Positions 28,403-37,316 are shown, counted from the stretch's first letter. The stretch is DNA of 48,969 nucleotides from Gemmatimonadota bacterium (GCA_016179225.1 JACORV010000012.1:1-48969); one strand, 5' to 3'. Translations and numbers: made by a program. Notes: generated by a model not told the origin, from the sequence alone.

Positions 28403-28999
28403 ATGTCGCACGCCGCCACGCACACCATTGAGCACGCCGAAGAAGGCCTGGGCGTCTACACCCAGAAGCTGGGGATGTGGGTCTTCCTCTGCTCCGAGGT
28501 GATGTTCTTCACGGCCCTCATCGGCTCGTACATCATCCTCCGCTGGGGCAGTGCGGAGAGCTGGCCGGTGCCGGCGGAGACGCTCAACATCCCCGTCACG
28601 GCCCTCAACACTTTCATTCTCATCTGCTCTTCGGTTTCGATGGTGAAGGCGTACGCGGCCGCCGTCCACGACGACCAACGCGGCCTCAAGCGCTGGCTGC
28701 TCACCACCGTGTTGGGCGGCGCCACGTTCGTCGGGGTCCAGGCCTACGAGTACATCCACCTGATCGGGAAGGGCTTCCTGCCGAGCTCGGGCCTCTTCGG
28801 GTCCACCTTCTACACGATGACCGGCTTCCACGGCTTCCACGTCACCTGCGGCGTGATCTCGATGGCCTACTGCACGCTGCGGGCCTTTCGCGGGAAGTAC
28901 GCCGGCGGCAACTTCCACGGCATCGAGACCGTCGGCCTGTACTGGCACTTCGTGGACCTGGTCTGGATCATCCTGTTCACCATCGTCTATCTGTTCTAG
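28403..28999 (+). CDS. ctaE: Heme-copper oxidase subunit III (short form)
   Basis: GMWVFLCSEVMFF, NT.IL..SS, TGFHGFHV, YWHFVD.VW. Confidence 0.96.
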   Translation: MSHAATHTIEHAEEGLGVYTQKLGMWVFLCSEVMFFTALIGSYIILRWGSAESWPVPAETLNIPVTALNTFILICSSVSMVKAYAAAVHDDQRGLKRWLLTTVLGGATFVGVQAYEYIHLIGKGFLPSSGLFGSTFYTMTGFHGFHVTCGVISMAYCTLRAFRGKYAGGNFHGIETVGLYWHFVDLVWIILFTIVYLF

Positions 29000-29012
29000 G
29001 AGCCGCCGCGCC

Positions 29013-29291
29013 ATGGCGACCGCCGAGCACAAGCATCCGAACTACATCGCCATCTGGATCTACCTGGCCGTGCTCACGGGGGTGGAGCTCGTAGTGGCGC
29101 TGCTCCACTTCCTGCCGCGCCAAATGCTGATCGGGGCGCTGATCTTCCTCGCCATCTGGAAGGCGCTGCTGGTGGCGCTCTACTTCATGCACCTCAGGTT
29201 CGAGCCCAAGCGGCTCGTCGTCATGGTCCTCGCGCCGCTGCCGCTCGCCGTCATTCTCGTGCTGTTCGTCATGACGGAGTTCGGCAAGTGA
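29013..29291 (+). CDS. Cytochrome c oxidase subunit IV family protein
   Basis: LT.VE, KA.LV..YFMHLRFE. Confidence 0.9.
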   Translation: MATAEHKHPNYIAIWIYLAVLTGVELVVALLHFLPRQMLIGALIFLAIWKALLVALYFMHLRFEPKRLVVMVLAPLPLAVILVLFVMTEFGK

Positions 29292-29476
29292 TCGCCTTCC
29301 ACCGTCTCCTCATCGGTACGGCGATCGTGTTCTGCGCCGGCTTCGCCGTGTGGGGGTGGCGGGAGTACCAGGCCGCCGGCACCACGTGGGCGCTCGCGTC
29401 GTCGCTCGCCTTCGGGGTCTTCGCGGTCGGGCTCGCCGTCTACCTCGCCATGTTGAAGCGGTTCCTCGGCCAATGA
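29288..29476 (+). CDS. Small two-TM membrane protein
   Basis: 62 aa with two hydrophobic helices; 4-nt overlaps with both neighbours. Confidence 0.7.
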   Translation: MIAFHRLLIGTAIVFCAGFAVWGWREYQAAGTTWALASSLAFGVFAVGLAVYLAMLKRFLGQ

Positions 29477-30432
29477 CCGCTTCGCAGGACCACAACCGCT
29501 CCCTGCACCGCTACGCCGTCGCCGTCGCATGCGCCACCTTCGTCCTGGTCGTTGCGGGCGGCCTGGTGACGAGCACCGGCTCGGGCCTCTCCGTCCCCGA
29601 CTGGCCGCTTTCCTTCGGGACGCTCTTCCCGACGATGGAGGGCGGCGTCCGCTTCGAGCACACCCATCGGCTCATCGCCGCGACCGTGGGGGCGCTGACG
29701 GTGGTCCTCGCCCTCTGGTTGGCCCGCCGCGAGCCCCGGGGCTGGGTTCGCGGGCTCGGCTTCGCCGCCGTGGGCGCCGTCATCGTCCAGGGCGTCCTCG
29801 GCGGGCTCACCGTGCTGTTCAAGCTGCCGGCGCCGATCTCGGTCGCCCACGCGAGCCTGGCGGTGGTCTTCTTCGGCCTCACCGCATCGCTGGCGCTCGT
29901 CACCTCGCCGAGCTGGCTCGCCCCGCCGCACCCCGAGTCCGACGCGGGCAGCCCGTCCACCCGGATCCTCGCCCTCACGACCGCGGCCGCGATCTATTTC
30001 CAGATCCTCCTGGGGGCGCTGGTGCGCCACACCGGCGCCGCCCTCGCGATTCCGGACTTTCCGCTCGCCTTTGGACGGCTCCTCCCGCCGATCACCTCGT
30101 CGCTGGTCGCCTACCAGCTCGCGCACCGCGCCGGCGCCGCCGTGGTCGGCCTCCTGGTGCTCTGGACCGCGATCCGGGTGCTGAGACGCCATGGCGCCCA
30201 GCCCCTGCTCCGCCGGCCGGCGCTCGCCCTGGTCGCCCTCCTCGGCTTCCAGATCTTACTCGGCGGACTGACGATCTGGACGCGGAAGGCGGTCATTCCC
30301 ACCACCGCGCACGTGGCGACCGGAGCGCTGCTGCTCGTAACGTCGGTGATGCTCGCCCTGCGCGCCCAGCACCTCCTGTTGGCCCCGACGGGCGCGCACC
30401 AGGCGCTCGCCCCCCAGGGCGCGACCACATGA
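29473..30432 (+). CDS. ctaA: Heme A synthase (COX15/CtaA)
   Basis: ATG 29473. GG.VTSTGSGLSVPDWP, EHTHR, QGVLGG.TV, plus further His-bearing helices. Confidence 0.9.
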   Translation: MTASQDHNRSLHRYAVAVACATFVLVVAGGLVTSTGSGLSVPDWPLSFGTLFPTMEGGVRFEHTHRLIAATVGALTVVLALWLARREPRGWVRGLGFAAVGAVIVQGVLGGLTVLFKLPAPISVAHASLAVVFFGLTASLALVTSPSWLAPPHPESDAGSPSTRILALTTAAAIYFQILLGALVRHTGAALAIPDFPLAFGRLLPPITSSLVAYQLAHRAGAAVVGLLVLWTAIRVLRRHGAQPLLRRPALALVALLGFQILLGGLTIWTRKAVIPTTAHVATGALLLVTSVMLALRAQHLLLAPTGAHQALAPQGATT

Positions 30433-31319
30433 GCGCGTCGGTCGGGCTGCCGGCCCACCCGCTCGCCCGCGCGCGGCTCGCGGACTTTCTTGCCCTGACC
30501 AAGCCGCGGATCACGCTGCTGGTGGTCCTCACGACATCCGTCGGCTTCCTCGCGGCCGCGGGCAGCTCCGCCGATTTGGTGCTGCTCGTCCACACCCTCG
30601 CCGGCACGGCGCTAGTCGCCGCCGCCGCCAGCGCGCTCAACCAGGTCGCCGAGCGGGAAGCGGACGCCGAGATGCGCCGCACCGCGCGCCGCCCCCTGCC
30701 CGCCGGCCGGCTCGCGACCGGTGAAGCCGCCGTCTTCGGCGCGGCCCTGGCCCTTTCGGGCGCCCTGTACCTCGCGGCCGCGGTGAACCCGCTGGCCAGC
30801 GCCCTCGCGGTGCTGACCGCGGCGAGTTATCTGCTGCTCTACACGCCGCTCAAGAAGGTCACGTCCCTCGCCACCGTGGTCGGCGCCGTGCCCGGCGCCA
30901 TGCCGCCCATGATCGGCTGGGCGGCGGCGCGCGGGACCCTCGGAGTGGAGGCGTGGATCCTCTTCGCGATCGTCTTCTTCTGGCAGATGCCGCACTTCCT
31001 GGCCATCGCGGCGATCTACCGCCACGACTACCAGCGCGCCGGTTTCCGGGTGCTTCCCGTCGTGGACCCCGCGGGCGCGAGCACCGGCCGGCAGTCCGCA
31101 CTCTACGGCCTGGCCCTCATCCCGATCAGTCTGCTCCCCTCCTTCGTGGGCCTGGCGGGGCCAGGCTATTTCTTCGCGGCCCTCCTCCTCGGCATCGGGT
31201 TCGTGCTGCTCAGCGTCAGGCTCGCGCTCGATCCCTCGAGCCTTGGAAAAGCCCGCAGCCTGTTCAGGTTCTCCCTGATCTATCTGCCGCTCCTCTGGAC
31301 GGCGCTGCTGGTCGGCTAG
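30429..31319 (+). CDS. ctaB: Protoheme IX farnesyltransferase (heme O synthase)
   Basis: LTKPRI, D.EMRRT.RRPLP.G, YTPLK, GAVPGAMPP.IGW, WQMPHF, DY.RAG. Confidence 0.96.
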   Translation: MSASVGLPAHPLARARLADFLALTKPRITLLVVLTTSVGFLAAAGSSADLVLLVHTLAGTALVAAAASALNQVAEREADAEMRRTARRPLPAGRLATGEAAVFGAALALSGALYLAAAVNPLASALAVLTAASYLLLYTPLKKVTSLATVVGAVPGAMPPMIGWAAARGTLGVEAWILFAIVFFWQMPHFLAIAAIYRHDYQRAGFRVLPVVDPAGASTGRQSALYGLALIPISLLPSFVGLAGPGYFFAALLLGIGFVLLSVRLALDPSSLGKARSLFRFSLIYLPLLWTALLVG

Positions 31320-31468
31320 TGCCGCTACAACTGTTCGGCTGCGGTCAGTCGAGGGCTGAAGCCCTCGCTCGGCGTTGGCGCGTCCTGAAGGACGCCGCCT
31401 CGGGCACGCTTCAGCGTGCGCCGGAGGCCGAGCGAGCCCTTCAGGGCTCGACTGCCTCGGGTCACTAG
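31316..31468. repeat. REP/REPIN-like element with four hairpins
   Basis: Hairpins at 31350-31367 and 31380-31395 (TGAA loops) and at 31404-31419 and 31433-31450 (TTCA loops). Outer inverted repeats CAGTCGAG/CTCGACTG; bounded by CTAGTG...CACTAG. Confidence 0.7.
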
Positions 31469-31479
31469 CCCTCCCCCCC

Positions 31480-31899
31480 GTGCCGCTCGACCTCCTGCCG
31501 GCCGTCAACGCCACGTTGAACGGCGTCACCGCGATGCTGCTCGTCACCGGCTGGACCCTGATCAGGCGCCGGCGCATCTTGGCCCACCGCGCCTGCATGA
31601 TCGCCGCCTTCTCGGTGTCGGTGCTGTTCCTCACGTCCTACCTGTACTACCACGCTCACATCGGCTCGAAGCCCTTTCCCGGCCGGGGCTGGATTCGACC
31701 GGTCTACTTCGCTATCCTGATTTCTCACACGGTGCTGGCGGCCGCAATCGTGCCGCTGGCCCTGACGACCCTGTACCGCGGCTTGGCCGCTCAATATCCG
31801 AAGCACAAGCGCATCGCGCGCTGGACGCTGCCCTTATGGCTCTACGTCTCGGTGACCGGCGTCGTCGTCTATCTGCTGCTCTATCGCCTGTACTCCTAG
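31480..31899 (+). CDS. DUF420 family membrane protein
   Basis: LPAVNATLN, H..CM..AF..S.LFL.SY..YH, ILISH..LA, H.RIARWT.PLWLYVS.TG. Typical neighbour of cox operons. Confidence 0.88.
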   Translation: MPLDLLPAVNATLNGVTAMLLVTGWTLIRRRRILAHRACMIAAFSVSVLFLTSYLYYHAHIGSKPFPGRGWIRPVYFAILISHTVLAAAIVPLALTTLYRGLAAQYPKHKRIARWTLPLWLYVSVTGVVVYLLLYRLYS

Positions 31900-31992
31900 T
31901 GCCGTTCCAACTTGTTTCGCTAAGAGGCGTGTCTGAGTGCGCTACCCGACAGCTTGCCAAGATTCGGGGCAACATAGTTGGAACGGCACTAG
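31896..31992. mobile_element. MITE-like element, 97 bp, with perfect 17-bp terminal inverted repeats
   Basis: CTAGTGCCGTTCCAACT (31896-31912) and AGTTGGAACGGCACTAG (31976-31992). Confidence 0.7.
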
Positions 31993-32018
31993 CGGCCGCC
32001 GCGCCCCTGGATGGGCAG

Positions 32019-32165
32019 ATGGGCGCCCACGACCGCCTCGACGCGACGATGTTCTGGACCGGCGCCCTCCTCGCCTTCACGCCTGTCATCATCGGACTGA
32101 TCGTCGTGGGGGTGATCGTGTACCACCGCAGGAAGCGGGCGGGGCAGGCTCGTGACGGCGGCTGA
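32019..32165 (+). CDS. Putative small single-TM protein
   Basis: MGAHDRLDATMFWTGALLAFTPVIIGLIVVGVIVYHRRKR...: one TM followed by a basic tail. Start uncertain. Confidence 0.55.
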   Translation: MGAHDRLDATMFWTGALLAFTPVIIGLIVVGVIVYHRRKRAGQARDGG

Positions 32166-32550
32166 CCGCACGCCGAACGCCGCCGAGGCCGCCAGACCGG
32201 TCGTCCTGCTCGTGGATGACGACGACGACGTCGCCCGGGTCTTCGCGCGGGCGCTCGAGCAACAGGAAATGGTGGTCCAACGCGCCCGCGGCGGCACCGA
32301 GGCCGTCGCGATGATCCAAGGCACGCAACGGTTCGCCGCGGCCATCGTGGACCTGATCCTGCCCGGGACCGGCGGCCTCGAGGTCGTGAGGGCGCTGCGC
32401 GCCCGCCATCCGGACTGCCGCATCGTGGCCGTTACGGGGCTGGACGAGCCGGCCGTGCGCGCAGCCTTCGCCGGAGCCGGCGCGGACGCGTTCCTGGCCA
32501 AGCCGGTGGACCTGGACGCGATGATGAAAGCCATCGGCGTGGCTGGCTGA
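32152..32550 (+). CDS. Single-domain response regulator (receiver only)
   Basis: VLLVDDD, IVDLILPG..G, VTG, AGAD.FL.KP. Confidence 0.9.
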   Translation: MTAADRTPNAAEAARPVVLLVDDDDDVARVFARALEQQEMVVQRARGGTEAVAMIQGTQRFAAAIVDLILPGTGGLEVVRALRARHPDCRIVAVTGLDEPAVRAAFAGAGADAFLAKPVDLDAMMKAIGVAG

Positions 32551-32620
32551 CCTCCGTCGTCCGTTCCACCGGGGAGGGCGCGCGTTCGCATTGACCGCCG
32601 ACGATCGTTGAGCTCCGGCC

Positions 32621-32658
32621 AAAAGGCGCGACGCCCCAGCCGACCGGCCGGGGCGTCG
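32621..32658 (-). terminator. Probable intrinsic terminator between convergent operons
   Basis: Stem CGACGCCCC...GGGGCGTCG, with AAAA at 32621-32624 giving a short U-tract on the minus strand. Confidence 0.55.
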
Positions 32659-32686
32659 TGTAGCTGCTGGTGTCAGTCCGCGATCG

Positions 32687-34612
32687 CTAGAACACGCTCA
32701 GCTTGTACCCGACGGTCTTGCTGGCCGAGTCCCAGCCATTCACGTAGATGTTGTACGTGCCCGCCGGCATGTTGTTGATCGTGTGGTTCTCCGGATTCCC
32801 CGCGGTCGCGCCGGCGAAGCCGAAGGGGAAGGCTGAGCAGCTCGCGTTGCACACCAGCAGGTCAACGTCGGGATTCGTGGCCCCGCCGGCGCCGGTGCCG
32901 CCCATATCGAGCCGGATCGTCACGGTGACCGCGGTGGCCAGCGTGAAGGCGAAAAAGTCGTCGGCGTCGGTGCCCACACCCTGGCCGTTGCCGTCAACGG
33001 TGCCGTAGATCACGAGCGGGTTGGCCGAGGTCGCGCCGGCAAGACTGATCGCCACCGCGCCGGGAGCGTCGTTCGCAGGCTCATTCCCCTCGGTGGTCGT
33101 GGTGCCGACCGTGATCGTGCCGGCCGTGGACATGGTCGAGACCGTTGCCCCGCTCACCACCACGTTGGTTACCTGAACGGCCGACGTGCCGGAGAGGTTC
33201 GTGAGCAGGTACAGCGTGTCCGAGGCGCGGCGAAGGACGAACGCCTGGCCGCTGTTGATCGTCACGTTGGACGCGTTGGCGCCGCTGGTCGTAAAGTCCG
33301 CGCTCGCCCCACCGATGACCAGGACCGTGTCCAGGAGCCCGGCGGCCCCTAGCTGCACGACCGTGCCGGGGAAGGGCGCCGCGTTGATCGTGCTGCTGCC
33401 GGTGGTCCGCAAGGAGTCAACCACGCTGCCCGTAGCCGTCACGTTGAGGTTGGTGACCTTGACCGTCCCGGCGTAGGCGTTGGTCGAGATGACCACGATC
33501 GAGTCGGCCGTGTTGACCAGCTTCGTGCCGTTCGCGGTCCCAAGCACCACGTTCGAGGAGGTTGTGCTGAAGGTCATGCCTGCGAGCGGCGTCGCTTTGA
33601 TCTCCGTGCTAGCCCCCAGCGGGCCGCTACGAACCACGACTTGCGCATCCGGCAGCGCGGCGGCGTTGACGGTGCTGCTGCCGGACGTGCGGAGCGAATC
33701 GATCGTCGCGCTGGTGGCCGTCACGACCAACGGTCTGACCATCACGGTGCCGGTATACGGCGTGGTCCGAATCGCCACGAGCGAGTCCGCCGAGCGGAAG
33801 ACCAGCGGAGCGTTCACGCCGGCGAGCACGACGTTGGACGCGGCCGCGTCGAACGTCATCCCGGTCGGCGGCGTGACCTTGAGGAGCGTGCCGGCACCGA
33901 ACGTGGCGCTCGTGTTCACCGCCACGTTGGCGGCCGGCAGGGTGGCCTGGGCCACTGTGACGTTCTCCGCGGTGGGGAGCGACGCCAGCGGGACCGCGTT
34001 GGCGCCCGAGCCGCCGCTGAAGAACAGGTTGGTCACCGTTGCCACACCCGTGTAGGGCGCGCGCGCGAGCACCTTGAGAGAAGCGGCGCTCCGCGAGAGC
34101 AGATACGAGGTATTGCCCCCGAGGAGAATGGTCGAGGCCGTCGGATCCCACGCGTAGCCTGCGGGCGCGTTCAGGCTGACCGTATCGCCGGCGACGCTCG
34201 CGGCGCCGGCGGGCACCGTGGTGTTGGGCACCTGGGTCACCCGGACGGAATCGCTCACGCCCCTCGCGGCGACGCGCACCGTCGTGACGGCGCCGTTGTC
34301 CGTGGCGGCGATGATGTAAACTCTGGACGAGCCGTCGTTCGGCAGCTGCTGGGCCGCGACGTGCACGTCCGCGACCGCCGCGTTGTCGGTGGACCAGGAC
34401 GCTCCGGTGATCGGGAGGATGCTTCCCTGGTCGTCAAGGAGGCGCGCCTCGACCAGGACGCTGTCTCCGCTCTTGGCCAAGTACACAGCCGACCTGGACA
34501 GCGAGATCGCCGCCGGGCCGTTGCGCAGCGAGCTCGTCGGGTCGTCGAAGCACCCCGCGATGCCGGCGGTGACCAAGGCAGCCGTGATGAGTCGCACACT
34601 CTGACGCTTCAT
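32687..34612 (-). CDS. Surface lipoprotein with Ig-like N-terminus, about four ~95-aa beta-rich repeats and a C-terminal PPC-like domain
   Basis: Lipobox IAGC; T/S/A/V-rich repeats; EGNEPAND...DADDFF...DVDL...GTYNIYV. Confidence 0.8.
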   Translation of the reverse strand: MKRQSVRLITAALVTAGIAGCFDDPTSSLRNGPAAISLSRSAVYLAKSGDSVLVEARLLDDQGSILPITGASWSTDNAAVADVHVAAQQLPNDGSSRVYIIAATDNGAVTTVRVAARGVSDSVRVTQVPNTTVPAGAASVAGDTVSLNAPAGYAWDPTASTILLGGNTSYLLSRSAASLKVLARAPYTGVATVTNLFFSGGSGANAVPLASLPTAENVTVAQATLPAANVAVNTSATFGAGTLLKVTPPTGMTFDAAASNVVLAGVNAPLVFRSADSLVAIRTTPYTGTVMVRPLVVTATSATIDSLRTSGSSTVNAAALPDAQVVVRSGPLGASTEIKATPLAGMTFSTTSSNVVLGTANGTKLVNTADSIVVISTNAYAGTVKVTNLNVTATGSVVDSLRTTGSSTINAAPFPGTVVQLGAAGLLDTVLVIGGASADFTTSGANASNVTINSGQAFVLRRASDTLYLLTNLSGTSAVQVTNVVVSGATVSTMSTAGTITVGTTTTEGNEPANDAPGAVAISLAGATSANPLVIYGTVDGNGQGVGTDADDFFAFTLATAVTVTIRLDMGGTGAGGATNPDVDLLVCNASCSAFPFGFAGATAGNPENHTINNMPAGTYNIYVNGWDSASKTVGYKLSVF

Positions 34613-34648
34613 GTTTTTCCTCGCTGGTAAGTATGTCAGGCGCGCCTG

Positions 34649-36064
34649 TTACCGCTGAATGAAGTGCATCACTTCCGCGATCAGCTGGCTGTCCGTCGTG
34701 AGGCCCCTAATCCAATTGAAGGGGACGTTGTGGTCGTACGCGTTCTCTACCACGTCGTTCGTGCCGGCCAGTACGTAGTGCCCGAAGCTCGTCGCGTCAT
34801 AGAACGCGTAGTACCGTCCCCGGCCGCCGTGCGTGTACAGCCACACCTCGAAAGCCCGCGGATGCGCCTGGGGGCGGCGGAACACCTCCGTCGGCTCCCC
34901 GTACTTCAGGTAGACTCGGCCCCGGTCCGTCCGCCATCCCGGGATCTGCGCCCCGCCACCCTCGCGGTACGCCTGGTTCGCGTGCCGCACGCCGCGGTAG
35001 AACGCCTCCTGCAGCGGATTGTCGGGCGTCGCGGGTGTCGGGTCGCGGTGCCGCCAGAACTCCGCGAGGAAGCGGCGCTTGCCGGCCACTTCCAGGTTCT
35101 CGTAGACGCCGCGCTCGTTGGGTTCCAGCAAGTACGCGAGCGGGGAATACAACGAGTCCAGCGTCTCCTCGCTCAGATCATTGAACGAGCCGGCCGCGGC
35201 CGCCGGTGCGGGGCCCAGGGCCACCGTCGGCCGGTCCGGCCCCATTGAGAACGCGCTTTCGACGGCGGCGGCGGTGTCCTGAAGGACGACCGTCGCGCGC
35301 ACCCGGTAGCTGCCTTCCGGCAGTCCCGCCAGGTCCATCGTGCCGCGCGCCACGCCCCCCGTCGCCCCGACACGCAACTGCTGCGGCGCCGCCCGCACCA
35401 GCGTCCGACCCGCGTCGGTCACCACCTCCAGGTTCAGCTGCGCCGTGCCCCCCGCGAACCCCGGCCACGGGTAGATCTCCGTGTAGTACGTCAGGGCCGC
35501 GGCGCCGAACGTCAGATGGGGTACCGGCCCGGTGCGCAGCACCCACCGACCCCGGCGGATCTCGCCGGGCAGAGGGCTCGCGCTGTCGGCCGCCTCGCGG
35601 GCCGCCGTCGCCAGGAGCAGGTCCGAGACAAGCGGACGCGCCGCGAAGGCGCCGATGTCCGTCACCCGCTCGAGCGCCGCCCCGCCGTCACTGGACGCGC
35701 GCACCGTGATCCGATAGCGGCCTGGAGCCGCGGCGAAGTGGAACGACTCCATCGCCGTGGCGCCCGCAGCGCGAGCGGCGACCGTCGGCAGCTCGCGCGT
35801 CCAATCGTTCCGCACCAACTCCAGGCCGCTGCTGTCGGCGATCACGATCTCCACCCGATACCTGGTCGTCGGGGCGGAGGCCGGGGCGAGCCCAATGAGC
35901 CGGATCTCGCTCGTGCCCTCGATGACGGTAACGCCCGTGCCCGGACTGAAGAAGCGCACCGGCCGCACTGTCACCGCGGAGTCCCCTCCGCCCTGCCAGG
36001 CGGCCACTCTGAGGAGCGCGGCCGCGATCCCCCATGCCACCACTGTCGTCATCATGTCAAACAT
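34649..36064 (-). CDS. GWxTD domain-containing protein
   Basis: FW.HRDPTPAT..N, PGWRTDRGRVY.KYGEP, EVWLY; hydrophobic N-terminus. Confidence 0.88.
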   Translation of the reverse strand: MFDMMTTVVAWGIAAALLRVAAWQGGGDSAVTVRPVRFFSPGTGVTVIEGTSEIRLIGLAPASAPTTRYRVEIVIADSSGLELVRNDWTRELPTVAARAAGATAMESFHFAAAPGRYRITVRASSDGGAALERVTDIGAFAARPLVSDLLLATAAREAADSASPLPGEIRRGRWVLRTGPVPHLTFGAAALTYYTEIYPWPGFAGGTAQLNLEVVTDAGRTLVRAAPQQLRVGATGGVARGTMDLAGLPEGSYRVRATVVLQDTAAAVESAFSMGPDRPTVALGPAPAAAAGSFNDLSEETLDSLYSPLAYLLEPNERGVYENLEVAGKRRFLAEFWRHRDPTPATPDNPLQEAFYRGVRHANQAYREGGGAQIPGWRTDRGRVYLKYGEPTEVFRRPQAHPRAFEVWLYTHGGRGRYYAFYDATSFGHYVLAGTNDVVENAYDHNVPFNWIRGLTTDSQLIAEVMHFIQR

Positions 36065-36121
36065 CGTGTCCCGCCGGCCCGGCGGGGCCCGGAGGCGCCC
36101 GCCGGCCCGGCGACATCAGCA

Positions 36122-37264
36122 TTACCAGCTGAGGCTGACCGTGATCATGTTCGCGTTGCCCAGCAGGCCAAGGTTCCGGTAGGCATAGTCGAAACCGACG
36201 CCCAGGCCGCGCGGATTCCGCTGCCAGCGCAGGCCGCCGCCGGCCGACAGCCCATCGCTGCCGGGTGTCACATTCGAATCGAAGCCGGCGTAAGAGGCCT
36301 GGCTCGCCCCGGGCGGATCCAGGTTGTTGTCCGGCGAAGAGGTGTAGCCCACCCGGCCGGCCACTGAGAAGCCGCTGCTGCCGAGCCCGAGGTTGTACTC
36401 GCCGGCGAAGTTGAACCCGGGGTCGGTGTTGTTGGGCTGCGTGAACTCGCCCAGCATGGTGAGCCGACTCGCCGCGGTGGTGAACACATCGTACGACAGG
36501 CCCACCCGGAAGATCACCGGCAAGCTCCACGACTTCGACTGCAGGCGCGCCGGCTGCGCCTCCTGCGCTTCGTTGCCGACCTCCGATGGGGGCGTCCGGA
36601 TCACCGTGGCGTCGAGAGCGTTGCCGGTGTGCTGGATCGTCGTCCCCAGGTGCTGGATGACGAAGCTCGCGCGCAGCGCGCGGCCGCCGACCAAGGCGTG
36701 GAAGTTCGTGCCGAAATCCAGCGCGAACGCCCGGCCCGTCGTCTTCCCCAGGGCGTCGTTGATGTACTTCGCGTTGATGCCGGCCGCGAAGCGGTCGGAG
36801 AACTGCTGGGCGTAGGTGAAGCCGAGGGCGGTCTCGCTGACGGAGTAGACCTCGCCCGTCGTCCCTTCGGGATCGTCCACGGTGTACACCGGCTGGTCGC
36901 TGAACCCGAAGGTGGTGATCTGGAAGCCGAGCGCCCTGGAGCCCCCGAACGGGATGGCGAAGCCCACCCAACTAAGCCTGGTATCGGCGATGTACGACAT
37001 CGAGGAACCCACGAGGCCCGGCCGGGCCAACTGGGCGAGCCCTGCGGGGTTGTAATACATGGCCGACACATCGGTGGTCAGGGCGGCGAACGAGGCACCC
37101 AGAGCCGCGCCACGCGCCGTCGGAGCCATCAGCAGGAACTCGGCCGCCGTAGTGCCGTAGGGCGTGTTGTCCTGACGGATCGTCGTCTGTTGCGCCGTAG
37201 CCCTTCCGGGAGCGAGGCCCGTCACCAGGACGGCGGCGCCAATTCCGAGAATGATCTTGCGCAT
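36122..37264 (-). CDS. PorV/PorQ-family (UPF0164-like) outer-membrane beta-barrel
   Basis: Signal peptide; GTTAAEFL....ARGAALG, YYNPAGLA, G.N.KYI, DFG, FRVG.SY, FDYAY; C-terminal Trp. ATG 37264 follows GGAGG. Confidence 0.82.
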   Translation of the reverse strand: MRKIILGIGAAVLVTGLAPGRATAQQTTIRQDNTPYGTTAAEFLLMAPTARGAALGASFAALTTDVSAMYYNPAGLAQLARPGLVGSSMSYIADTRLSWVGFAIPFGGSRALGFQITTFGFSDQPVYTVDDPEGTTGEVYSVSETALGFTYAQQFSDRFAAGINAKYINDALGKTTGRAFALDFGTNFHALVGGRALRASFVIQHLGTTIQHTGNALDATVIRTPPSEVGNEAQEAQPARLQSKSWSLPVIFRVGLSYDVFTTAASRLTMLGEFTQPNNTDPGFNFAGEYNLGLGSSGFSVAGRVGYTSSPDNNLDPPGASQASYAGFDSNVTPGSDGLSAGGGLRWQRNPRGLGVGFDYAYRNLGLLGNANMITVSLSW

Positions 37265-37316
37265 CGTGTGCCTCCACACGGGCCAGGGCCTTTCGCCCCG
37301 GCCCGTGCCGGTTGGG

